Positions 9,257 to 20,170 of a DNA stretch of 64,000 nucleotides are shown piece by piece; position 1 is the stretch's first letter; each line of letters starts with the position of its first letter. The DNA is taken from NCBI GenBank assembly GCA_963706025.1, contig CAVPLM010000003.1:320001-384000 (forward strand), written 5' to 3'. Below the pieces are notes generated by a model. That model was not told where the DNA came from and made no database searches. It saw nothing but the letters and a program-made list of their open reading frames with translations. The translations under genes and the position numbers were made by a program. Source of the DNA: an uncultured Actinomycetes bacterium. Lineage in GTDB: Bacteria; Actinomycetota; Thermoleophilia; RBG-16-64-13.

Positions 9257-10937
9257 ATGGTCTCCTATCCACCGCAACTCCAGGCAGAACTGTTGCCCCC
9301 AGGGTGTCTTCCGGACCTGGTGCGGCCCGCGGAACTGGGCCTCGAGTTGCCCGAGGAGATCAACCTGACCGAGTGGTTCCTGGACCGGAATCTGGCGGGG
9401 GAGCAGGCCGATCGTGTCGCCTACTACTCCGGCGAGAGGGCTATCACCTACCGGGTCCTGAACGAATGGGTCAATAAGTTCGCCAACGCCCTCCGCGGCC
9501 TGGGGGTCGAGAAGGGCGACCGGGTGATGCTCCGGATCGCCAACAGCGTCGAGTACGTCGTCAGCGCTCTGGCCGTGGGTCGCATGAGCGCCGTCGTCGT
9601 GCCCGACCATGACTCTTCTGCGCGCGAAAGTCCTCGTCACGACGCCAATAGATCGGAAGCCAAGGTCATCATCTGTGGGTACGAGCTTCTGGGCGAGATC
9701 GAAGCCGGTCGAGACCAGTACAGACGGTCGAGCACATCATCTCAATCGGCGGCGAGCCGGAGGAGCTTGAAGGTCGCAAACTGCTGGGTTACGAAGGGTT
9801 GATCGCTTCGGCCGACGATCGGATCGAGAGCGTCAGGGTGCCGGCCGATCGTTGGCTGCGGTCTTCTTCACCTCGGGCACCACGGGACAGCCGAAGGGCT
9901 GCATGCATCTGATCCGGAGCATCATCGGCTCCGTGCACTCCTTTCCGCTCACCTTCGGCGGCGTCAAGCCGACCGACGTCTTCCTGGGTTCGCCCCGTTC
10001 GCTTTCGTCATCGGTACGGCTACAACATGTTGCTGCCGCTATCTGCCGGGGTCCCCAGCGTGATCCTGGAAGGCAGGATGTCCGCCGAGGCTTTCTCGAA
10101 GCCATCCCGAGGTACAAGGTGACCATGTTCAACGCCGTCCCTACGGCCTTCAATCAGATCCTCAACCACCCGAACATCGCCGACTACGACCTGAGCAGCC
10201 TACGGGTGGTGATGTCCGGCAGCGCTCCACTCCTGGCCTCTACTTTCCAGCGGTTCAAGGAACTCACCGGGCTGGAGATCGTGAACGGCATCGGCTCCAC
10301 GGAATCCATCGGGACTCAGCTTGCCTCCTACTTGCCGGGCTACAAGCCTGGTGCCACCGGTTGGCCGGTCCCCGGGGTCCAGGCCAAGATCATCGACGAT
10401 GACGGCAACGAATGTGCGCCCGGAGTGACCGGGCGGCTGGTGGTCAAGGCCTGCTATGGGACCATGTATTGGCGTGACGTCGAACGGCAGAAGAAAGCGG
10501 TGATCGACGGCTGGAGTCTCTCCGGCGACTATGCTACAAGGACGAGGATGGTCTTTTCTGGCACGTCTCCCGCATCGACGACATCATCAAGAGCCGTGGC
10601 TATCGGGTGTCGCCCGGGGAGGTGGAGGACGCCCTTCACGAGCACGGAGCAGTTTACGAATCCACGGTCATCGGCGTACCCGACCCGAGCAGGGTCAGCG
10701 GGTGAAGGCTTTCGTGATACTGAAGGACGGTTTCGTCGGGTCACCGGAGCTGGTCGAGGAGCTCAAAGCGTTCGTCAAGAGAGCGGGTGGCACCTTATAT
10801 GTCCCCCAGCGATATCGAGTTCGTCGAATCCCTGCCCAGGACGGAGACCGGAAGGTGCGCCGCCTCGAACTCCGCGAACTCGAGGCACGGCGGGCCGAGG
10901 AAGAGCGTCAGAAGTGCACGCGCAGGGAAGGACATGA
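9257..10937 (+). CDS. AMP-forming aryl-CoA ligase (benzoate/aminobenzoate-CoA ligase-like), multiply frameshifted
   Basis: FFTSGTTGQPKGCMH, NGIGSTE, GATGWPVPG, DDIIKSRGYRVSPGEVE spread over several frames. Confidence 0.8.
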
Positions 10938-10941
10938 GCCC

Positions 10942-11829
10942 GTGAACCTACCTGCCTTCGCGTACCTGGAAGCCGGAACCTGGAGGAGGCCTGGAGTCTG
11001 CTGCGGGAGCACCGGGCGACGGCAAGGTGCTTGCCGGGGGGACCGACCTCCTGGTCAAGATGAAACATAGGAGACTCATCCCCGTCTCATCTGGTCAGCA
11101 TCAAGGGCATAGCCGGGCTCGACTACGTCGAATACAAGCTCGGCGAGGGGCTGCGCGTGGGCGCCTCTCACAACCATAGAGTCGGTCAAGCGCTCCCTGG
11201 TGGTGCGCAAGATGTATCCGGTGCTACTTCCAGGCGGCTGCGTACATGGCCACGTCGCGATCCGCAACCGAGCCACCGTGGAGGCAACATCTGCAATGGC
11301 TCGCCCTCGGCGGAGACGGCGCCGGCCCTGATCGTGCTTGGTGCAAGGGTACGGATCGTGGGGCCGGGCGCGAGAGGGTCGTCGCGGTCGAGGACTTCTT
11401 CACCGGGCCGGGCTGTACGGTGCTGGAACCCGGTGAGATCGTGGCCGAGATCCAGGTGCCTGAGCCACCGCGCGGGAAGCGCCGGGGTATATGAGAAGCA
11501 CAGCCTGAGGCGGATGGACGTGGCCATGGTTGGGGTGGCCGCACTGGTGGCCCCCGCGGGAGAGACCTGTGGCGACATACGGATCGCACTCAGCGCAGTC
11601 GCGCCGACTCCCGATGAGGGCCAGGAAGGCGGAGGACATGCTCCGGGGCCTGGCTCCGACCTAGAGCCTGGTCGCCGCGGCTGCGCGCGCGGCCGCCGAA
11701 GAATCGCGGCCCATCACCGATATCCGCGGCAGCGCGGAGTCGCGCAGGCAGACCGTGGAAACGCTGACGGCTCGGGTGGTCCACCAGGCTCTGAAGGGCG
11801 GCCAAGACTGGAGGTCGACCGGCAGATGA
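10942..11829 (+). CDS. Xanthine dehydrogenase-family FAD subunit (CoxM-like), frameshifted
   Basis: AGGTDLLVKMK, IRNRAT..GGNICNGSPSAETAPAL, RIALSAVAPTP, PITDIRGSAE; stop overlaps next ATG; no HcrB-type Cys insert seen. Confidence 0.8.
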
Positions 11830-14292
11830 AGCAGGCACCGACCGAGGCACCGAACGCGGAGACGACCGACATGATGCGGAAGATCGCGCTCACCGTCAAC
11901 GGCAAGGGGTATGAGTTCGAGGTCGAGCCCCAGGAGACGCTGGTGGAGCTTCTGCGGGAGAGGCTGCGCCTCATGCGGACCAAGGAAGGCTGCGGGGTGG
12001 GTGAGTGCGGGTCGTGCACCGTCGTCATGGACAAGAAGGCCGTGGCCTCCTGTCTCGTGCTGGCGGTGGATGCCGACGGCTCGGAGATCGTGACGACGGA
12101 GGGCATGTCCTGCGACAGCGAGTTCCAACCGATGCAGGAGTCGTTCGTCGACCATCTGGCGATGCAGGCGAGGGTCGGGGTGTCCACGCTCAGCGCACGC
12201 GAGCAGTACCTGACGTTCTGCCACCTGTGTTGCGGGCATTGCGCGGTCAAGGTGACCGTGGCGGACAACGTCATCGTCGACATGGCCCCGGACCTGGAGA
12301 GCGGCCTGTCCAACGAGCAATGCGTGTACAAGAAGGGGCGGCTCTCGATCCCCGAGATCCACGGCCATCCCGACCGGCTCCTCTACCCGATGAAGCGGGT
12401 GGGAGCCCGAGGGGAGGGCAAGTGGGAACGTATCTCCTGGGACGAGGCGCTGGACACCGTGGCGGACAAGTTCCGGACCATCAAGGAGGAATCCGGGCCC
12501 GAGTACGTGATGTTCGGCCTGGGTGAACCGCATGGGCTGGAGTTCGCCTTCGCCCAGCGCTTCGCCTCGGTCTTCGGTACGCCCAACGTCACCACTCCCG
12601 GCTGGTTCTGCGGGGTGCCCTTCCAGACGGCCAACGCCTTCACCTTCGGCCAGGGCGCGATACCGGACGAGGAAGGCACACCCCGGAGCTACTGGTGATC
12701 TGGGGCACCAACCCCAACCACACCTCCGGGGGCATCCGCAGGCAGACGGTCATCAAGATCGTGGAGAGCGGAGCCAAGATCGTCGTCATCGACCCGCGCA
12801 AGATCGACTTGGCCGGCCTCGCCGACCTGTGGATCAAGCCTCGCCCGGGCACCGACGGGGCCCTGGCGATGGGACTGCTCAAAGTCGTGGTCGAAGAGGG
12901 GCTCTACGACAAGGAGTTCGTGCGCGACTGGACCGTCGGCTTCGATGAGCTCAAGAGCCGAGCTGGGCAGCCTTCTCGCTGGCCGACGTGGCAGCAGCCA
13001 CCTGGGTGCCGGAGGAGCAGATCCTCAAGCTCGCCCGGATGATCGGCGAGAACCACCCCACCTGCCTGCACTGGGGCAACGGCATCGACCAGGGGGTCCA
13101 ACCCTTCCAGACCCACCGGGCCATCTCCATCCTCGCGGCGATCAGCGGCAACCTCAACGTCCCCGGAGGGCATCGTCCTACCCGACTCAGAGACCAATTT
13201 CGTCCGCCCGGGCAGGTTCTACAGGCTGAGCAAGCGGCTCCCCGTCGCGGACAAGACCATCGGCAAAGAGTTCCCGATGACCCTCAAGTCGACCTCCGTT
13301 CCCTCGTGGAGCCTGGTGAAAGCCATCCTCGAGGAGAAGCCATATCTGCCACGCGCAGCCTTCTTCATGCTCACGAACCCAATGACCAGCTTCATCAACA
13401 CGGCGGGAGACCCGGGAGGCGCTCATGAAGATCGAGTTCACCGTGGTGCTCGACCTGTTCATGACACCGACCGCGGCGTTGGCCGACATCGTCCTCCCGG
13501 TCGCGTTCGGGATGGAGCACGATGAGGTGGGCTACTGGCCGGGATGGTACAACGAGGTGAGGGCTCATCCCAAGGTCGTAGACCCGCCGGGGGAGGCTGG
13601 CCCGACACCAGGATCATCAACGAGCTGGCGAAGCGCCTCGGGCTGAGCGACTTCTGGGAGGAGGACCATGAGGCGCTCGACGTGTGGCTGGCTCCAAGCG
13701 GTCTCACCTTCGAGGACCTCAAGCACCAACGGACTCTGCTGCCCAAGAAGAACTACAGCAACGCCAACCTGCGCACGCCCTCGGGCAAGGTGGAGATCGT
13801 AGCCGAGCCGCTCGCCGAACTGGGTCTGGCGGTGCTGCCGACCTGGCGGGAGCTCTCCGCCATCCCGGAGATACCGGAGGAGTATCCGCTGCTCTTCACC
13901 AACTCGAAATCCGAGATCTTCATCGGCACGAGCTACAAGGGGGTGCCGGCCCTGCGCGGGATGCGGCCCGAGCCGGTGGTCCAGATGAACCCGGCCACCG
14001 CTCGTGGAGCTCGGGTTGAAGGACGGCGACGAGGTCTACATCGAGACCAAGATGGGGAGGGTCAAGCAGCGACTGGTTTTCGATCGGGACATCGACCCTC
14101 GGGTGGTTTTCGCTGATTTCGGCTGGTGGTTCCCTGAGGACCCCTCGGGCGACCTGGGTTGGGACTGGGGGAACATCAACATGCTCACCAGTGCCGAGGG
14201 GCCGGTCGACCCGGCGGTCGGTGTGATGGTGCTCAGAGGCGTTCCCCTGCAAGGTGTACGCTGCGGAGCCTACTGGAGGCTCAGCGTGCTGA
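11826..14292 (+). CDS. Partial CoxS [2Fe-2S] domain fused to Mo/W-bisPGD oxidoreductase (acetylene hydratase-like), frameshifted
   Basis: KEGCGVGECGSC...SC, then FCHLCCGHC, HPDRLLYPMKRVG, WERISWDEALD, IWGTNP, PRPGTDGALA, TPSGKVEI, WWFPE..NINMLT..DP. Confidence 0.8.
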
Positions 14293-14350
14293 GCCTGTGT
14301 CACGGGTCGGGGACCTTCGGCGACAACCCTCGACAAGGGAGGTAGGCCGC

Positions 14351-15091
14351 ATGGTGATTACGCCAAGATGGGTCGGCATCGACTTCGGCCAGACCCTAAT
14401 GGACTCGTCCCCGGAACGCACCTATTGGATGATCGGAGACACCAGCAAGGAACTGGGTGAGCCAGAGCTGGTCGAGGAACGCTGTCATCGTTGGCGGACG
14501 ATGAAGGAGAAGTACGGCTCCTATCCGGTGATAAAGGAGCGGGCCCGGCCGGAGATAATGACCTACGTCTTCGATGACCGTCCCGGCGTCGACCGAGGTG
14601 TTCAGCCGCATCGAGCAGAAGTACCTGAAGATCGCCGACGGAGCGCATCGACGCGATCAAGTACCTCAGCGACCAGGGCATCGAGGTGTCGATCGTCGCG
14701 GAGCTCAAGAGGACCCTGGGGCCCATCGGCACCGACATGGTGAGCGCGTTCCTGGTGAGACAGGGCGTGATCGAGTACTTCGACGAGCTCATCAGCCCCC
14801 AGGGCAAGATCGATCTGCGCACGGGCGAGACCGATCTGCGCTACAAGGGCACTTCCAAGGAAGTGGGCGATCTCTACGACGTGCTCGCCGACGACCTCCG
14901 CTCGCGCGGGATCGAGCCCCGGGACGCGGTCATGGTGGGCGACAAAGAATGGTCCGATATCACGCCTGCGCAGAAGCGCGGTTTCCAGGCCATCCACTAC
15001 TCCGGGCTACATCTTTCATGCCCCCTCGAACGCCACCTACGAGATCACGGCATCTTCCGAGCTAAAGAACATCATCAGACCGGTGGAGTGA
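14351..15091 (+). CDS. HAD-superfamily hydrolase, paralog of 7363-8149 (frameshifted)
   Basis: RBS GGAGGT; GIDFGQTL; MVGDKEWSDITPAQKRG; collinear with first HAD. Confidence 0.75.
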
Positions 15092-15095
15092 AAAG

Positions 15096-15803
15096 ATGAA
15101 TCAGCCGAAGCGAAGTTGATCGTCGAATACGATGACGGCTCCACGAGGGAGGCGGACTACGCGGCAAGGTGGACGGCGCAGACCCGGCTACCGCTTGGCT
15201 CGGCTCTGGGACTCTTCCCGGCCGGCGCGCACGTGGGTCGTGTCCAAGCACTACCTGCTGGTGCGGTGGCAAGGACGGCTGGCAGGAGGTCTTCGGGATC
15301 GACGACGGACTCTGCCGAATCTGCTCCGTTACTACGTCATCGAGAGGATCGAAGATAGGGGTCAGACTCTCTCTGGAGACCGGGTGGCGACTATCCCGAA
15401 CTGCACGTCATCGAGCGCACTCCCCGCGATGTGGTCGGCGCCGTGATCGTCGGCGAGGGCGGTGTCAAGTCCTACGCTCTCGACAAGTCAGGTCGAGCGG
15501 TGGGAGGGGATATACGAGGCCGGGGGCAAGAGGGAGCATGTCAGGTTCGACAAGACGAGCGACAAGTATCCGCACGAGGCCGGCGACGACGGGAACGCCT
15601 TGGAGCCTGTCTTGGACGCGCTGAGGCGCGAACTCGACACTAGGGGCGTCGATCCCCGGACGCTGCTGGCCATGGACGAGTCAGAGCGCGTGAGCGAGTA
15701 CAAGACTCTGGCCTCCGGCGCGAACATCCGAGGGAGTTACAGACAAGAAGACGTCTATGGGTTCGTGGAGTCGATGATAACCAGACTGGCGGGAGCGGTG
15801 TGA
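15096..15803 (+). CDS. Hypothetical protein (frameshifted), coupled to UbiD gene
   Basis: Coding-like segments IVEYDDGSTREAD / HYLLVRWQ / LLRYYVIERIEDRG / VERWEGIYEAGGK...RLAGAV; stop overlaps UbiD start. Confidence 0.55.
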
Positions 15804-17262
15804 TGAAAGACCTTAGAGACTGGATCGCGGCTTGCGAGAACGAAGGCGAGCTCAAGCGGATCACCAAGGAGGTCGACTGGGAGCTGGAGCTCGGCCACGT
15901 GGCCACCCTTAACGAACGGGCGGGGGGACCGGCTCTCCTCTTCGAGAAGGTCAAGGACTACGGCATCCCGGTACTCAGCAGCACGGTGACCACGGCCAAG
16001 AAGATGGCCATCACCTGCGGGAAGCCCGCGCACTACACGCTCTGCGACGTCTCTCGGGAATGGAAGAACGTTATCCAGCAGGGCAGGCTGGTGGAGCCGG
16101 TGGAGGTCAAGGACGACATCCCGGTGATGTACGAGGTCCTGGAAGGTGACGACGTCAACGTCTTCGACCTTCCCTCCCGCGCCTCTACCCGCAGGACGGC
16201 GGCCGCTACCTTGGCCTCGCCTGCAACTACATCACCCAGGACCCGGAGACCGGCTGGACCAACCTGGGGACCTACCGCGGCATGGTCATGGACGAGAAGA
16301 CCATCGGCGCGAACATGATGGGCAAGGCCAAGCACGGACGGATCCACGTCGACAAATACTCCAAGCTGGGGACCAGGATGCCGGCGGCCGTCTATTGCGG
16401 CTGCGATATGTTCCATCTTGTGGTCGGCTCGACCATGGTGCCGGCGCAGCAAGACGAGTACGGTGTCATCGGCGCAGTCATGGGTCGGCCGGTCGAGGTC
16501 TTCACCAGCGACCTGACCGGGCTGAAGCTTCCGGCTCATGCCGAGATCATTCTCGAGGGCGAAGTGGAGCTCGATCCCGACAAGTTCCGGCCCGAGGGCC
16601 CCCTGGGTGAGTACGTGGGCTTCTACGCTGCCAGCGGTGAGGGCCCGAAACCCTGGCTTGAGATCAAGCGGATCTACAAGCGGAAGGATCCCATCTTCGT
16701 CATCAGCACCGTCGGCCGGCCGGTGGGCGACGCGCACATGATCAACGCCGTCGGTCGTATGGCCTATCTGTGGGCCGACCTGGAGATGATGAAAGTGCCG
16801 GGTGTCCGGTCGGTCTACTGCCCGCCCGAAGCCGCGGGCCGATTCTGGGCCATAGTGTCGGCGAAGATCACCCATCCCGCCGGTGCCGAGAGGGTCGCCG
16901 AGGCGGTGTCTTGCAGTCCCACAGGGCACTTCGGCATCAAGGGGATCATCGTCGTCGACGAGGATGTCCCGGCCGACGATATGGCAGGCGTCTGGTGGTC
17001 TCTGGCCTGCCGCTACGATCCAGGTAAGGACACCCAGATCATCAACAAGATGCGCCCCACCCCGTTCGACCCCGCCCTCCCTGCTGGGGCGAAGGCCATA
17101 GGCTCCAAGATCCTGATCGATGCCACCACGCCGGTGGAATGGGAGAAGAAACCTCGCCTGGTCGAACTGGACGAGGCCACTTCGAGGGCGGTGTTGGACA
17201 AGTGGCAGGAATACGGGTTCGAACAGCCGTACAAGCTGTCAGGAGATGCTCTGCCGAGGTAG
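15800..17262 (+). CDS. UbiD-family (de)carboxylase, phenylphosphate carboxylase beta subunit-like (frameshift near 16175)
   Basis: DLRDWI..ELKRITKEVDW, GPALLFE, NLGTYR, EGPLGEY, GRFWAIVS, GIKGIIVVDED, ACRYDP, TPFDPAL. Confidence 0.85.
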
Positions 17263-17486
17263 CCGTCAGCGGGGCAGAGGTGCCGAACGAAAGCACGACA
17301 CGAGGAGGAAAAGGGCGTAGTGTGATAAGTGGCGGTGGGAGCTACTCAGGGAGACCCGGCCCGCGTGTGTGGCGGCGCAGGGCAGGCGGTCGGGGGAGGT
17401 GTGGTTGAGAGAAGATGCTGGGTTACGAGGTAGGGGTTTTGTCGGTTGACGGAAGAGATAGTAGTGCATGAAAACGGGGGTTACAC

Positions 17487-18965
17487 ATGTCAGCTCAAGA
17501 CAAGAATCACTGCGAAGACCCGGATCTCATCGACGGCCGGACCGTCAGCCGTCGGGAGTTCCTGAAGCTGGCCGGCATCGCCGGGGCGACGATCGGGGTG
17601 GGCGCCGGCCTGGGCGGGCTCCTGACGGCCTGCGGCGAGGAAGAGACCACCACTACCACGGCTGCAGCTACCACCACCACGGCCGGAGCTACCAGCACCA
17701 CGGCGGGCGCCACGACCACGGTGAGCACCGGTGCCGAGGCCGGGCGGGAGATCAAGGTGGGCTTTGTCGACCCGATCACGGGCGCTATCGCCGGATTCGG
17801 GATCCCCGGCAAGTGGTGCGTGGAGCGCTGGAGTGAAGCGGTGAAAGACGGGCTGGTGTGCGGCGACGGCTTGAACCACCCCGTCAAGATCGAGCTCCAG
17901 GATAGCCAGTCCGATAGCAACCGGGCCGCGCAGGTGGCCGGTGACCTCATTACCAATGGTAAGGCCGACTTCATGATGGCGGCTGCCTCCCCGGACACCG
18001 TGAACCCGGTAGCCGACCAGAGCGAGGCCTTGGGATGTCCCTGTCTCACCGTCGACGCTCCCATGGAGCCCTACTTCTATGGCCGGCAGGGAGCCAACCC
18101 GGATCCGAACTACGTCTTCAAGTGGACCTACCACCTGTTCTGGGGCTTCACCGAGATGGAGAAGGTCTACTGGGACACCTGGAACGGAACGGCGACCAAC
18201 AAGAAGGTCGCGATCATGTTCCCCAACGACGTCGACGGGAACGCCTATCGGCAATACTTCACCCAGGAGAAGTGCGCCGCGAACGGCTTCACCACCGTCG
18301 ACCCGGGGCCCTTCCAGCCCATGACCGACGACTTCACCACTCAGATCTCGCTCTTCAAGAAAGAGGGATGCGAGATCGTTTCGGCCTGGTTCATCCCGCC
18401 GGAGATGGCCACCTTCTGGACACAGTCCCTACAACAGGGCTTCAACCCGATAATCTTCCAGGCCGTGAAAGCCTCGCTGTTCCCCACTGCCATAGAAGCC
18501 ATAGGAGGGACCTCGGGCGACGGCATAGTTGGTCCCTGCTGGTTCCATCCGACCTACACCTACGTGTCTTCACTCACGGGTGAGACCTGCCAGCAGTTGT
18601 GCGACGACTTTGAGACTCGGACCAACCAGCAGTGGACGCAGCCGATCATGCACTATGCGGCCTTCGAGTGGGTCGTCGACGTTCTCACGCGCACCACGAA
18701 CGTGGACGACAAGGAAGAGATCATGAAGCGGGTGACCGAGACCAAGGCGGACTTCGTCTGCGGTCCGGTCGACTTCACGGTCCCGATCTCTGCCGACTTC
18801 GGCGCCAAGCGGCACGTCGCCAACGTCTACGTGACCCCGTTGTGGGCCGGTCAGTGGCAGCTTGACCCGGGTGGCAAATGGCAGTACAAGCTCGTGGTGG
18901 TCACCAACTCGGCCGCTCCGGACCTCAAGGTTGAGGGCCCGCTCCAGCCGATCAAGTACTCTTAG
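17487..18965 (+). CDS. ABC transporter substrate-binding protein (branched-chain/type 1 family), Tat lipoprotein
   Basis: SRREFLK twin-arginine, LTAC lipobox, Thr-rich linker, DSQSDSNRAAQVAGDLI. Confidence 0.85.
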   Translation: MSAQDKNHCEDPDLIDGRTVSRREFLKLAGIAGATIGVGAGLGGLLTACGEEETTTTTAAATTTTAGATSTTAGATTTVSTGAEAGREIKVGFVDPITGAIAGFGIPGKWCVERWSEAVKDGLVCGDGLNHPVKIELQDSQSDSNRAAQVAGDLITNGKADFMMAAASPDTVNPVADQSEALGCPCLTVDAPMEPYFYGRQGANPDPNYVFKWTYHLFWGFTEMEKVYWDTWNGTATNKKVAIMFPNDVDGNAYRQYFTQEKCAANGFTTVDPGPFQPMTDDFTTQISLFKKEGCEIVSAWFIPPEMATFWTQSLQQGFNPIIFQAVKASLFPTAIEAIGGTSGDGIVGPCWFHPTYTYVSSLTGETCQQLCDDFETRTNQQWTQPIMHYAAFEWVVDVLTRTTNVDDKEEIMKRVTETKADFVCGPVDFTVPISADFGAKRHVANVYVTPLWAGQWQLDPGGKWQYKLVVVTNSAAPDLKVEGPLQPIKYS

Positions 18966-19145
18966 ACCAACTCGTGCCTCTGGAACCTGCCCACCCGCGA
19001 AAACAGGCAGCAGGCTCAGGATGAAGTGAGACCGTGGCGCGTGCCCAGCACGCGCCACGGTCTCATTCCGGTGGATCGCGGTCCGCGACAAAACAGATGG
19101 CGCCGCACACGGCGACCGGTGAACCCGAAGAGCGAGCCCGAGAAA

Positions 19146-20046
19146 ATGACCCCAGCTTATGACCTCGTTTTCGTGGGCAATGCGTCCATCGACCAGATCC
19201 ATACCTTTGAAGGACCGATCCAGACCCTCTTCGGCGGGGGTGTGGTCTTCAGCTCCATGGCGGCGGTGTGGTCCGGCAAACGGATCGCAGTGGTCACAAG
19301 GATGGCGGAACGCGAGGCCCACTTGCTCGACCCCTTGCGTGAGGCCGGGATCGACGTATACGTCACCTATGCTCCGCAGACTACGCGCCACAGGGCGTTC
19401 CACCTCAGCGGAGATGTCGACCAGCGGCAAGTCGTCCTGGAGGAGAGCGCCGGAGCCTTCACGGGTGGAAGACCTGCCCCCAATGCGGCCTACTTTCTTG
19501 CACCTGGCCGGTCTTACCGACCAGGAGTTCTCCCTTGCTTTCATGAAGAGCGTGAACGAGCTGGGCCATACCTTCTCCGTGGACTTCCAGGGGCTGGTCC
19601 GTCAGGCAGACCTGCACACGGGTGAGGTGTCATACGCCAACGTTCCCGACAAGGTGGAGATCACCAACCTAGCCGACAAACTGAAGCTCGATGCGCTGGA
19701 GGCCAAGTTTCTGACCGGTACGGCCAACCCCGAACTGGCAGCCGCGCGGATAGAAGAATGGGGCGCCTCAGAAATAATGGTGACGAGGACGGAGGGAGCT
19801 TTGGTTCGCTGTCGCGGCGAGTCGTATTTTGAGCCCTTTTCGAACAGAAGCGTCGAAGGTAGAACGGGACGGGGTGACACCACGTTTGGTGCCTACCTTG
19901 CGAGCCGCCTGGACAGCAGTGTCGGCTACTCGCTGCGACTCGCCGCATCTGTGGCCTCGATCAAGATGGAGACTCAGGGTCCGTTCAGAGGTACCTTCGA
20001 AGAGATAGCGGCGAGGATGAGCACCATTCATGGGCGAGGCCGATGA
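19146..20046 (+). CDS. PfkB/ribokinase-family kinase (frameshift near 19465)
   Basis: VGNASID, GGGVVFS, GRTGRGDTTFGAY anion-hole motif. Confidence 0.8.
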
Positions 20047-20071
20047 CTACGTCCAGATCACGACCATCCGA

Positions 20072-20099
20072 TTGACTCACATGTTCGGTATCGTATGAT
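20072..20099 (+). promoter_or_regulatory. Candidate sigma70 promoter for alcohol dehydrogenase
   Basis: TTGACT-N16-TATGAT; RBS AAGGAG before 20171. Confidence 0.4.
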
Positions 20100-20170
20100 G
20101 GAGCGAAGGAGTGTTGCCTGGGTCATCGTCCAGGTGCTGTGCTGAGGACCAACAGGACAAGGAGTGAGAA

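Noticed and set aside
10942-11829. 4-hydroxybenzoyl-CoA reductase beta subunit call
   Set aside because: Lacks the Cys-rich [4Fe-4S] insert after GGN, and no alpha subunit is present
12696-12698. TGA inside the Mo-enzyme as possible selenocysteine
   Set aside because: Protein continues in another frame (ELLVIWGTNP), so it is a frameshift, not readthrough
17263-17486. Strongly G/purine-skewed intergenic region as possible ncRNA or riboswitch
   Set aside because: No recognisable conserved motif or convincing stem pattern by eye
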